Positions 9,506 to 18,399 are shown, numbered from the stretch's first letter. The stretch is DNA of 64,000 bases from Candidatus Eiseniibacteriota bacterium (GCA_965224245.1 OZ245046.1:1824001-1888000); one strand, 5' to 3'. Made by a program: numbers and translations. The notes: generated by a model from the sequence alone, not told the origin.

Positions 9506-11053
9506 CTGCCCCTGCCAACCCCATCACATCCGGACCCGGATACGTCCGGGCCGCCGAGCCACGATGGACGGGGACTCGTCCTGTTGACCGGAGCCAGTGG
9601 CTACGTCGGCGGCCGCCTGCGCCGCCGTCTCGAGTCAGCCGGGCGGCGCCTGCGCTGTCTGGCGCGCAGTCCCGAGACCGTGGCGGCTCGCGCCGGCGCG
9701 GGCACGGAGGTCGTCCGGGGAGACGTGCTGGACCCGGCGAGCCTCGAACGCGCCATGCGCGGCGTGCACGACGCAGTGTACCTCGTTCACTCGATGGGCA
9801 CCTCCGACTTCGAGGCCCGCGATCGCGAGGGGGCCCGGAACTTCGCCCGGGCGGCCCGCGCGGCCGGCGTGCGGCGGATCGTGTATCTCGGCGGACTCGC
9901 CCGCAACGACGAGGCGCTCTCTCCCCATCTCCGGAGCCGCCACGAGGTCGGCGAAATCCTGCGAGCATCCGGCGTCCCCACGATCGAGCTCCGCGCATCG
10001 ATCGTGCTGGGATCGGGCAGTCTCTCGTTCGAGATGATCCGCTCACTGGTCGAGGCGCTCCCGATCATGGTCACCCCGAAGTGGGTGCGGGTGGAGGCGC
10101 AGCCGATCGCGATCGAGGACCTCCTGGACTACCTGATCGGGGTGCTCGAGCTTCCGACAGAGGACAGCCACGTGTTCGAGATCGGCGGCGCGGACCGCGT
10201 CTCCTACGGCGATCTGATGATCGAGTACGCGCGTCAGCGAGGCATGAGACGGGTCATGCTGCCGGTTCCGGTGCTGACGCCGTGGCTGTCGAGCCTGTGG
10301 CTCGGGATCGTGACGCCGCTCTACGCGCGGGTCGGCAAGAAGCTGATCCAGAGCATCGAGCATCCGAGCGTGGTGCGTGACACGCGGGCCCTCACGGTGT
10401 TCACGGTGCGACCGCGGGGCATGACGGACGCGATCGCGAGCGCGCTTCGCCACGAGGAGAGCGAGTTCGCCGAGACGCGATGGTTCGACGCCGTCTCGTC
10501 GGGGGTGTCCGGCGACACCACGCGCACGATGCGGTACCACAACCGCGTGATCGATACTCGCTGGCGACGGGTCGGGGTCGCGCCGGCCGAGGCCTTTCGC
10601 CCCATCCGCGAGATCGGCGGCCGCCGCGGGTGGTACGCGTACGACCGGCTGTGGAAGCTGAGGGGCTTCCTCGACCTCCTCGTCGGAGGCGTCGGCGTGC
10701 GGCGCGGCCGCACCCACCCGAACACGCTGGTCATCGGGGATGCCCTGGACTTCTGGCGGGTCGAGGCCTACGAGGCCGACCGCCTCGTACGACTCGCAGC
10801 CGAGATGAAGGTCCCCGGCCGGGCGTGGCTCGAGTTCGAGGTCACGCCGGACGGCTCGGGAGCCCGGATCCGACAGACGGCCATGTTCGATCCGCGCGGT
10901 CTGAACGGGCTCGTCTACTGGCACGCGCTCCGACCCATTCACGCCGTCGTCTTTCGCGGGATGCTCGACGGGATCGCCCGGGCCGCCGTTCGCGGAGCCG
11001 AGACCCGGGGCAAAGGCGACGCCCGCATGCTCGGGGCGGGCCGCACGCGATGA
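9506..11053 (+). CDS. YbjT-like SDR oxidoreductase with C-terminal DUF2867 (probable CTG start at 9506)
   Basis: VLLTGASGYVGGRL Rossmann motif, YLVHSMG, HLRSRHEVG, GSGSLSFEM, DFWRVE, AEMKVPGRAWLEF. Confidence 0.88.
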   Translation: MPLPTPSHPDPDTSGPPSHDGRGLVLLTGASGYVGGRLRRRLESAGRRLRCLARSPETVAARAGAGTEVVRGDVLDPASLERAMRGVHDAVYLVHSMGTSDFEARDREGARNFARAARAAGVRRIVYLGGLARNDEALSPHLRSRHEVGEILRASGVPTIELRASIVLGSGSLSFEMIRSLVEALPIMVTPKWVRVEAQPIAIEDLLDYLIGVLELPTEDSHVFEIGGADRVSYGDLMIEYARQRGMRRVMLPVPVLTPWLSSLWLGIVTPLYARVGKKLIQSIEHPSVVRDTRALTVFTVRPRGMTDAIASALRHEESEFAETRWFDAVSSGVSGDTTRTMRYHNRVIDTRWRRVGVAPAEAFRPIREIGGRRGWYAYDRLWKLRGFLDLLVGGVGVRRGRTHPNTLVIGDALDFWRVEAYEADRLVRLAAEMKVPGRAWLEFEVTPDGSGARIRQTAMFDPRGLNGLVYWHALRPIHAVVFRGMLDGIARAAVRGAETRGKGDARMLGAGRTR

Positions 11054-11230
11054 CGGCGGCTTCGAGCGACCTCCGTTCCGAGATGGACGGACCCGTGCGC
11101 ACGCTCGCGATCGTGTTCGGCGATCAGCTCGACGGAGGCTCCCCGGCCCTCGACGGGCTGGACGGTCCTGGCCGACGAGAAAGGACACCGGCGCCAGTTC
11201 CTGGGCTTCCCCGAGGAGTACGAGAAGTAG
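11050..11230 (+). pseudogene. Deletion scar: photolyase-related (DPRP) N-terminal fragment joined to a ferritin-like C-terminal fragment
   Basis: Frame from ATG 11050 gives VRTLAIVFGDQLD..SPALDGLD; a different frame from 11162 gives TVLADEKGHRRQFLGFPEEYEK*. Confidence 0.55.
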
Positions 11231-11270
11231 CCCGGTCCGCGGCATCCGCGTTGGTGCGTCCGGCGGGTCG

Positions 11271-12350
11271 TCAGCCACGCGCCAGCGCGGCGTGGATGCG
11301 CATGTACTCGCTGATGTTCTCGATCGTGACCAGCCCGACGAGGCGCCCGTCGTCCACGACGGGCATCGTCCGGCACGAAGACCCCTGCAGCCGCTGGAAC
11401 GCGCGCTCGGTCATCTCGGTCACCCCCGCCGTCTCGAACTCGGCGCGCATGAACGCCCGGACCGGTCGCGCACGGCCGTCGTGCTGGAGACCCTTCAGCA
11501 GGTCCGCCTGGGTGAGGATGCCGACGACACGTCCGCCCTCGAGGATCGGAAAGTCGGTCTGGGATCCGGCGATCGTCAGCTCCACCGCCGCCTGCAACGG
11601 ATCGGCCACGTCCAGCGTCCGGAAGTCGGTGATCATCACCCGCCACACCGGGACCCCCGAGAGTGCGTGGCGCATCTCGACGAGGCTCGACTCCTGCGCG
11701 GCCCCGATCCACACGAAGAGCGCCACGACCACGAGAAACGGGTTCGAGAACAGGCCCACGAATCCGAGGACGAACGCCACGGCCTGCCCGACGTTCGCGG
11801 CCAGGTGTGTCGCCCGCGCATACGGAAGCCGCGTGGCCAGGAGCGCGCGCAGCACGCGCCCCCCGTCCATCGGGAACGCCGGGATCAGGTTGAACAGCAC
11901 GAGGAACACGTTCACGACGACCAGCCGCTCGAAGAACGATCCCCTCGTCATCCCCAGCTGATCCAGCGGGTGCCAGGAGTTGGTGAGGATCAGCATCATC
12001 CCCAGGCCGATCGCGATCACGACGTTGACCGCCGGACCGGCAAACGCCACCAGGAGCTCCTGTCGCGGATCCTCGGGAATGCGCTCGAGGCGAGCCACGC
12101 CCCCGATCGGGAGCAGCACGATGTCGCGCGTGCCGATGCCGAACCGGCGGGCCGTGAGCGCGTGTCCGTACTCGTGAAGCACCACGCACAGGAAGATCGA
12201 CAGGACGAACGCCACGCCCTCGATCGCGGCGGTGATCGATCGACCGGCAACGAGGTGCGAGACGCCGATCCACGCGATCAGCAGGACGAAGGTCGCGTGC
12301 ACGAACACGCCGATGCCGGCGAACTCCCCCAGCTTCCAGGACCACTTCAT
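11271..12350 (-). CDS. Site-2 protease (M50) with tandem CBS domains
   Basis: HEYGH zinc motif, LLPIGGVA, AGPAVN, FNLIPAFPMDGGR, C-terminal CBS pair. Confidence 0.93.
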   Translation of the reverse strand: MKWSWKLGEFAGIGVFVHATFVLLIAWIGVSHLVAGRSITAAIEGVAFVLSIFLCVVLHEYGHALTARRFGIGTRDIVLLPIGGVARLERIPEDPRQELLVAFAGPAVNVVIAIGLGMMLILTNSWHPLDQLGMTRGSFFERLVVVNVFLVLFNLIPAFPMDGGRVLRALLATRLPYARATHLAANVGQAVAFVLGFVGLFSNPFLVVVALFVWIGAAQESSLVEMRHALSGVPVWRVMITDFRTLDVADPLQAAVELTIAGSQTDFPILEGGRVVGILTQADLLKGLQHDGRARPVRAFMRAEFETAGVTEMTERAFQRLQGSSCRTMPVVDDGRLVGLVTIENISEYMRIHAALARG

Positions 12351-12544
12351 CGCTCGCGACCTCCTCGACGAGCGCCCGACCCCGGTCGTTCGCCGGCCGT
12401 TCGCTTCGTTCTGCGACTCCTCGCGTGCGGAGAGTGTATCGAACTGAGACGGTCCAGGTTCCCTTCGATCGCAACGGCCGCACCGTGTCCGCGCAATCTG
12501 CGATGGGACGCGTCACTGCGCACCTCCCCCGACGGAGGAGCCGC

Positions 12545-12560
12545 TGGCACACCCGATGCT
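12545..12560 (+). promoter_or_regulatory. Sigma-54 (-24/-12) promoter candidate for the hsp20 pair
   Basis: TGGCACACCCGATGCT against consensus TGGCAC-N5-TTGCW, with exact GG-N10-GC spacing. Confidence 0.6.
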
Positions 12561-12628
12561 ATCTGTCCATGTCGTGCCGGCGTCCCGGGGACCCGGGACG
12601 CGACGGACGCGAAAGGAGGGTTCGCATC

Positions 12629-13096
12629 ATGCAGACGTCGTGGGATCTGTTCCGGGAGATGGATGCGATCCGGCAGGAGTTCGATCGCGTCTTCCGAGAC
12701 GCGGGCTTCGAGCGCGGTGGGCTGCCACTGGGTCGGTTCTCGTTTCTTCCCGCGCAGAGCGCCCGGACCTACCCGCTCACGAACGTGAGCGAGGACGAGA
12801 CGACCGTCTACGTGGACGCGCTCGCCCCCGGGCTGGAGCCGTCATCGCTTTCGCTGAACGTCGTTCGGAACCAGCTCCAGATCACCGGTCACAAGCCCGG
12901 CAACGACGCCTCGGTCGATCCGGCCGCCTACCATCGGAGCGAACGCGCCGCCGCGCGCTTCGCCCGCACGGTGACGCTGCCGGCCGAGGTGGACTCCGAC
13001 GAGGCGAATGCCCGCTACCGGAACGGCATCCTCCGGATCTCGCTGCCGAAGTCCGAGGCGGCAAAGCCGCGCCAGATCCAGGTGACCGTGAGCTGA
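12629..13096 (+). CDS. Hsp20/alpha-crystallin small heat-shock protein
   Basis: YPLTNVSED, ALAPGL, YHRSER..RFARTVTLP, ARYRNGILRISLPK, IQV motif; AGGAGG RBS. Confidence 0.93.
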   Translation: MQTSWDLFREMDAIRQEFDRVFRDAGFERGGLPLGRFSFLPAQSARTYPLTNVSEDETTVYVDALAPGLEPSSLSLNVVRNQLQITGHKPGNDASVDPAAYHRSERAAARFARTVTLPAEVDSDEANARYRNGILRISLPKSEAAKPRQIQVTVS

Positions 13097-13151
13097 CCGT
13101 CGTCCGGGTGACCGGACGCGGACCGGACCCATTCGATGAAAGGAGCGCACC

Positions 13152-13544
13152 ATGGCCGAGCAGACCGTACCGGCCACGACGGACCGGACCGAACGAACCC
13201 CGGCGACCCGTGACGACGAGCGTTTCTCGACGCCGCCGGTCGACATCTACGAGACCGACGACGAGCTCGTCGTCGTCGCCGATCTGCCCGGCGTCGACAA
13301 GTCGGCGCTCGACGTTCGCGTCGAGGACGGAAGACTGACCATTCAGGGGCGGGCCGCGCACGAGATGCCGGGGCTGCCCGTCCGCGAGGAGTTCGAGCTG
13401 GGGACGTTCTTCCGCCAGTTCGAGCTGGCCGAGATCGTGGACCAGACGGCGATCAAGGCCGAGCTGAGGAACGGGGTCCTGACCCTGCATCTGCCGAAGG
13501 CCGACGAGGTCAAGCCGAGGTCGATCAGCGTGGAGGTGGCCTGA
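13152..13544 (+). CDS. Hsp20/alpha-crystallin small heat-shock protein
   Basis: PPVDIYETDD, ADLPGV, FFRQFEL, AELRNGVLTLHLPK, ISV motif; AAGGAG RBS. Confidence 0.93.
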   Translation: MAEQTVPATTDRTERTPATRDDERFSTPPVDIYETDDELVVVADLPGVDKSALDVRVEDGRLTIQGRAAHEMPGLPVREEFELGTFFRQFELAEIVDQTAIKAELRNGVLTLHLPKADEVKPRSISVEVA

Positions 13545-13553
13545 TCCGGGCCC

Positions 13554-13590
13554 GCGGCTCGCCGTGGGCCCGCGCGGTCCGGCGAGCCGC
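13554..13590 (+). terminator. Stem-loop after the hsp20 operon
   Basis: 11-bp stem GCGGCTCGCCG / CGGCGAGCCGC; no U-tract. Confidence 0.45.
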
Positions 13591-13990
13591 CGGCGATGCG
13601 CGCAAGATGAGGCTCGTCAATCAGTTGGGGAGCTGATCGCTCGCATCACACGATCTCGGCGGGCACCGCTCCCGCGGGCGTCCGCCGAGGTCGAGTCATC
13701 GTCTCACTGCCTCCCCGCACCGCCGCCACGCGGCCGAAACCGGCCACGAACCTCAGGTAATTTCTCGATTGGCTGCCCCATGAAGTTGTACAACGGTCAG
13801 TTACGGGATTGGCCAAATCCGGACACCTGGGCTAGAGTTGTATGCAGGTTCGTCGATCGTTCGCGTTCCCGCGACCATGACGCGCGACTTCACGGGCTGA
13901 CCGACCGTGGAGCTCCGGCGCAACGATCGAGTGTTGGAGAGGGTTTCCTGCGCCGCGCCGGGCCCCCACGACAATCAGGAGGTTACCCAC

Positions 13991-14329
13991 GTGGCCCTGC
14001 GTGTATGTGTATTGTGGCTGTGCGTGTTCGCGTTGGCCAGCGGCGCCGGGGCATGTCCCGACGTCGTGCACCTGAGTGCGACGTCGAACTGGGAAACGCA
14101 CACGCTCGTCGATGCAGAGAGTGGGTCGCCGGTCGTCGCCATGTTCGACGTGACCGCGATCGGGCCCGAGACGGACGTCGAGGTGTTCGACGGGTCCGAA
14201 TGGGTGGCCGTCTCGGCGGGCTCGTCGACGCCCGGCACGATGGTCCGGCTCACGAGCGGAGGCGACGCGTCGGTCGCCTATCGAGTCGACGGGTGCGAGG
14301 ACGACATCATCATCTGGCCGGACGAGTAG
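13991..14329 (+). CDS. Small secreted hypothetical protein (112 aa)
   Basis: AGGAGG RBS before GTG 13991; signal peptide ending AGA; acidic beta-rich mature part with two Cys. Confidence 0.6.
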   Translation: MALRVCVLWLCVFALASGAGACPDVVHLSATSNWETHTLVDAESGSPVVAMFDVTAIGPETDVEVFDGSEWVAVSAGSSTPGTMVRLTSGGDASVAYRVDGCEDDIIIWPDE

Positions 14330-14330
14330 A

Positions 14331-15479
14331 TCAGTTCGGGACACCGGCGCCGATCAGATCGGCAGCCAGCGCGTGGGCTCCGTGTCGCCCGACGCGCCGA
14401 ATGCAGTCGGCTTCGATCAACGCGTGCAATTGCTCGCCGCTCGGACGCGGCGCGAGCGAAAACTCTCTTCGCAGGTCGTCGACGTCGAACAGCCCGCTGA
14501 CCCGCAGGAAGCGGACGAGCTCGTCGTCGGGAACGAGGTTCTGGCCCACCCCCACGCGCTCGGCGAGCCGATCGTAGCTGATCGGCAACACGTCCGAGGC
14601 CGGCCGGCCGGTCGCGTACTGATAGGCCGCCTGAGCGCTCGGCAAGTAGTCGAACGGTCCGAACGCCCGCAAGAGCGCGATGGCATGCTCGGCGCATGCC
14701 GCGGCACGCTCGGCGTTGCCCACGTCGGCCAGGGTCACCGACAGCGTGACCAGCGCGCGACCCAGCCGGATGCGATCGAATGCCTTGGTGAAGGCGCGCG
14801 CCACCGCCTCGATCTCCGCCCGTGCTCGCTCCAGTCGCCGCTCGCGTCGGAGGATCAGGGCGGTTGCCTCGCGCGCGTTGAGGTAGCCCGTGGTGTCGTG
14901 CAGCCGTACCGCGAGACGTCCCGACTCGGTCACGTGCTCGCGAGCCCGATCCAGGTCACCGCGCCGCTCGAAGACACCCGACAGGGCGAGGCTGGCCACG
15001 GCCCGGCGGTGATCGTCCGACTCGTCGTCGCGCACCTCGGTCAGCACGTCGATCGCGTCGTCGAACGCGCGTCGCGTCCGGTGGAGGCGCCCCAGCGAGA
15101 GCAGCACGTCGAGCCGCCGCTGGCCGGTGGCCGCCCTCCGTGCCCGCTCGAGACACTCCAGAGCGGCGCGGACGTGGTAGCGGCGTCCGTGTACGAACGC
15201 CCCGGTGAGGTAGTCGGCCATGATCGGATCGGGATCCGCGTCGAACAGCTCCAGCGCGTCCGTGTAACGTCCCGACAGCGCCCGGACGATGCCGAAGCGA
15301 CGCCGCACGTCGACCGACGGATGCTCGCCGCGGAGGTGCTGCCGGGCGGCCGTCACGAGGGCCGTGGACCAGGACCGTGGAAGCGGGGCGGCCGCGAACT
15401 CGGGCTGACGCGCCAGGGCGGAGCGCAGTCGACGGCGCTGGTGCGCGAGGTCGATGTAACGATAGACCTGCGGTTCCAT
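14331..15479 (-). CDS. TPR-like helical repeat protein with possible C-terminal winged HTH
   Basis: Helical repeats (LLSLGRLHRTRRAFDDAIDVL; LALSGVFERRGDLDRAREH; LVTLSVTLADVGNAERAAAC); C-terminal LHALIEADCIRRVG. Confidence 0.6.
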   Translation of the reverse strand: MEPQVYRYIDLAHQRRRLRSALARQPEFAAAPLPRSWSTALVTAARQHLRGEHPSVDVRRRFGIVRALSGRYTDALELFDADPDPIMADYLTGAFVHGRRYHVRAALECLERARRAATGQRRLDVLLSLGRLHRTRRAFDDAIDVLTEVRDDESDDHRRAVASLALSGVFERRGDLDRAREHVTESGRLAVRLHDTTGYLNAREATALILRRERRLERARAEIEAVARAFTKAFDRIRLGRALVTLSVTLADVGNAERAAACAEHAIALLRAFGPFDYLPSAQAAYQYATGRPASDVLPISYDRLAERVGVGQNLVPDDELVRFLRVSGLFDVDDLRREFSLAPRPSGEQLHALIEADCIRRVGRHGAHALAADLIGAGVPN

Positions 15480-15611
15480 TGCCCACCCACTCGACGAGAC
15501 GGCCGACCAGACGATTGTGCATTCCGATAGCGGGTTCGGATCCAGTTCCGGATGAGTCGGTCCCCGACGACTTCTACCAGATCGGAGCCTCGTCCGACAA
15601 GCTCTCCCGAC

Positions 15612-16130
15612 CTAGAAACCGATCAGCGACACCACGTCATACCCATCCAGCGCGCGCCTGCCCTCGAGAAAGCCCAGCTCGACCAGGAACGCCATCCCAC
15701 TCACCCGGCCGCCGGCCCGCTCGACGAGCCGAGCGGCCGCTCTGGCCGTCCCACCGGTGGCCAGAAGATCGTCCAGGATCACCACGCCCCCGGCGCTCTC
15801 GCATGCGTCGCGGTGAATCTCGAGCGTGTCTGTGCCGTACTCCAGCGCGTACTCCTCGGTGAGCGTCTCGGCCGGGAGCTTCCCCGGCTTGCGGATCGGG
15901 ATGAACCCCACCTCGCGGGTGGCGGTGACGTAGCCTCCGAGGATGAACCCGCGCGCCTCCACCGCGGCCACGTGCGAGACGCCTGTCCAGTCGATCAGCG
16001 CGTCCAGATCCTGCATCGCCCGGCGGAACACCGGCGGGTTGGCGAAGACGGGCGTCAGGTCCTTGAAGACGATGCCGGGCTTGGGGAAGTCCGGGACGTC
16101 ACGGATCACGTCGAGGATGGGATGCGTCAT
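15612..16130 (-). CDS. apt: Adenine phosphoribosyltransferase
   Basis: IRDVPDFPKPGIVFKD, EARGF, RKPGKLP, YALEYG, DDLLATGGT. Confidence 0.96.
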   Translation of the reverse strand: MTHPILDVIRDVPDFPKPGIVFKDLTPVFANPPVFRRAMQDLDALIDWTGVSHVAAVEARGFILGGYVTATREVGFIPIRKPGKLPAETLTEEYALEYGTDTLEIHRDACESAGGVVILDDLLATGGTARAAARLVERAGGRVSGMAFLVELGFLEGRRALDGYDVVSLIGF

Positions 16131-16188
16131 GGGAGTTCCCCCTGTCGACCGGCGCATGACGGCGATGCGCATGAGGTGCCGGAACGTG

Positions 16189-16461
16189 TCAGCGGATTCC
16201 GAACGACTCGAGATCGTGACGCGGATCCTGCCAGTCCACGAGCACGCTGTCGACCCGCGACGTGCGCGGCCCGCGACGAACCGCCTCGAGAAGCTGCTCG
16301 AGGAGCCCCTCGTCGCCCTCGGCGAGAACCTCCACCGATCCGTCCGCGCGGTTACGGACCCAGCCCGTGACGCCGGGCGGGGCCGAGCGCTCGGTGTGGA
16401 AGCGGAAACCCACTCCCTGAACGCGCCCTGAGACGCGGAGGTGAAGTCGCTTGTGAGCCAC
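16189..16461 (-). CDS. acyP: Acylphosphatase
   Basis: VSGRVQGVGFR, GWVRNRADGSVEV; GTG start. Confidence 0.93.
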   Translation of the reverse strand: MAHKRLHLRVSGRVQGVGFRFHTERSAPPGVTGWVRNRADGSVEVLAEGDEGLLEQLLEAVRRGPRTSRVDSVLVDWQDPRHDLESFGIR

Positions 16462-16593
16462 GCTCCGACCTCTCGACCTCGAACCGCCGTCGAGCTCACC
16501 GTGGCCGGATGCGCTGGAGCTCGGAGGGGGTGGGACGCACATCGGGGCGACGAGACCGTCTTCCGTCCGACGCGGTCGACCCGGCGGTGGGAA

Positions 16594-16671
16594 TGGTCGG
16601 GGCGAGTGGATTCGAACCACCGACCTCCTGCTCCCGAAGCAGGCGCGCTAACCAAACTGCGCTACGCCCCG
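16594..16671 (-). tRNA. tRNA-Pro(CGG)
   Basis: CGGGGCGTAGCGCAG...cctgc-TTCGGGA-gcagg...GGTTCGAATCC...CGCCCCGACCA. Confidence 0.96.
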
Positions 16672-16728
16672 TTCCTGATTGCGAGGCGGGAGCATTGCAC
16701 GGCGCCGGAAGACTCGTCAAGCCGGCAT

Positions 16729-17421
16729 CTACCCCGGGTCCCGCCAGCCGCCGCGGCCGCGCAGGGGCACGAACCGGCACTCGCTGAGATGCCGCTCGCG
16801 GAGAAAGCCGCCGTGATCCCGGTCGATGGCCAGGAGCGACTGCTCGTCCCGGCTTCCGAGTGGAATCACGAGCCTCGAGCCCGCATCGACGTAGGGCCAG
16901 GCCCAGTCCGGCACCGAGTGGGTCGCCGCGGTGACCAGGATCGCCGCGAAACGCGCACGTCCCCGACCGGATACGGCCCGGGCACCCGTCGACAGCACGG
17001 CGCCGGCCTCACCGGCGACGCCCTGGATCCACCGGCCCAGTCCCAGCTGCCGGCGCACCCGCGCGGCGTCTCGGGCCAGCTCGGGGTCCAGCTCGATCGT
17101 GGTGACCCGGACGCCGAGCGCGGCCAGCACCGCGGCCTGGTAGCCCGATCCGGTTCCGACCTCGAGCACGTGGTCGTCCTCGCCGACCTCCGCGGCCTCG
17201 GTCATCAGCGCGACGATGTACGGCTGGGAGATCGTCTGGCCGCGCGCGGTTGGCAGCGCGCGGTCTTCGTAGGCGCGATGGCGAAAGCGATCGGGCACGA
17301 AGCGCTGGCGAGGGACCTCGGCCATCGCGGTGAGGACGGCCTCGGACCCGATGCCGCGCCGGCGGAGCTGGTCGTCGATCATCCGGGCGCGCTCGGCCCG
17401 ATGGCGATCGGGCTCTGTCAG
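16729..17421 (-). CDS. pcm: Protein-L-isoaspartate O-methyltransferase (start CTG 17421 or ATG 17382)
   Basis: VPRQRFVP, AYEDRALP, GQTISQPYIVALM, VLEVGTGSGYQAAVL, CRFVPL; follows surE. Confidence 0.92.
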   Translation of the reverse strand: MTEPDRHRAERARMIDDQLRRRGIGSEAVLTAMAEVPRQRFVPDRFRHRAYEDRALPTARGQTISQPYIVALMTEAAEVGEDDHVLEVGTGSGYQAAVLAALGVRVTTIELDPELARDAARVRRQLGLGRWIQGVAGEAGAVLSTGARAVSGRGRARFAAILVTAATHSVPDWAWPYVDAGSRLVIPLGSRDEQSLLAIDRDHGGFLRERHLSECRFVPLRGRGGWRDPG

Positions 17422-18167
17422 TCGCCAAAGCTCCAAGAGGCCATGTCCTTGGCCAGCTCGGTGTGGGTCAGGTCCAGCGAGAGCGGCGTGATCGACGTGA
17501 ACCCGTCGTTGATCGCGGTGAAGTCGGAGCCCTCTTCGTGCTTCCACGTGGGCTTGTCCCCACCGATCCAGTAGTAGTCCTTGCCGCGCGGGTCCGTCCG
17601 GACCTCGAGCACGTCCTGGTACACGCGATGTCCGAGGTGCGTGATCCGGATGCCGCGATGCGTCTCCAGCGGAATGCTGGGCACGTTCACGTTCAGGAGC
17701 GCCCGCTCGGGGAGCCCGTGGTGCACGACGGCGTTCACGATCCACGGAATCACCGCATACGCGGTCTCGTAGTCGTGGGCATCGAACGTGGCCAGGCTCA
17801 CCGCCAGCGACGGCACGCCGAGGATGGCCCCCTCGAACGCGGCGCTGACGGTGCCCGAGTACGTGACGTCGTCACCCATGTTCGGTCCGTGGTTCATCCC
17901 GCTGATCACGAGATCGGGCCGCTCGTCGAGGAGCCCGTTGAACGCCGCGACCACGCAGTCGGTGGGCGTGCCGTCCACGCTGTAGCGATCGGGGCCCTCG
18001 GGCAGGATCCGGAGCGGGCGGCGCAGCGTCAGCGCGTGGCTGGCGGCGCTCTGCTCCCGATCGGGCGCCACGGTGATCAGGCGTCCGAGACCGGCCAGCG
18101 ATTCCGCGAGCGCCGCCAGGCCCGGCGCGTGAATCCCGTCGTCGTTGGTCAGGAGAATGATCGGCAC
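17418..18167 (-). CDS. surE: 5'/3'-nucleotidase SurE
   Basis: ILLTNDDGIHAPG, APDREQS, GTPTDCV, SGMNHGPN, YSGTV. Confidence 0.97.
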   Translation of the reverse strand: MPIILLTNDDGIHAPGLAALAESLAGLGRLITVAPDREQSAASHALTLRRPLRILPEGPDRYSVDGTPTDCVVAAFNGLLDERPDLVISGMNHGPNMGDDVTYSGTVSAAFEGAILGVPSLAVSLATFDAHDYETAYAVIPWIVNAVVHHGLPERALLNVNVPSIPLETHRGIRITHLGHRVYQDVLEVRTDPRGKDYYWIGGDKPTWKHEEGSDFTAINDGFTSITPLSLDLTHTELAKDMASWSFGD

Positions 18168-18231
18168 GGCTCGTCACCCTCGATTGCAGTGCGTGGAGAA
18201 GGTGCGTGCCCGCGCACGGCGAAGGGAAGAG

Positions 18232-18308
18232 TGGTCGGGGCGACTGGATTCGAACCAGCGACCACCTGGACCCCATCCAGGTGCGCTACCAGACTGCGCT
18301 ACGCCCCG
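18232..18308 (-). tRNA. tRNA-Pro(GGG)
   Basis: CGGGGCGTAGCGCAGTCTGGTAGCGC...cctgg-ATGGGGT-ccagg...GGTTCGAATCC...CCGACCA. Confidence 0.96.
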
Positions 18309-18370
18309 ACCGCAATGCAGGGGTCTTCGGTCGCGTCCGTGGTGCACGGCACCGCAATCGCGACCGCCGA

Positions 18371-18399
18371 ATGCTACGGTGGCGCTGCGGGTCCCTCAA
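18371..18399 (-). promoter_or_regulatory. Sigma-70 promoter for tRNA-Pro(GGG)-surE-pcm
   Basis: TTGAGG-N17-TAGCAT on the minus strand. Confidence 0.6.

Noticed and set aside
10480..11961. 493-aa + strand ORF
   Set aside because: Out-of-frame overlap with ybjT and antisense to the protease; only the 11050-11160 part looks like a real gene fragment
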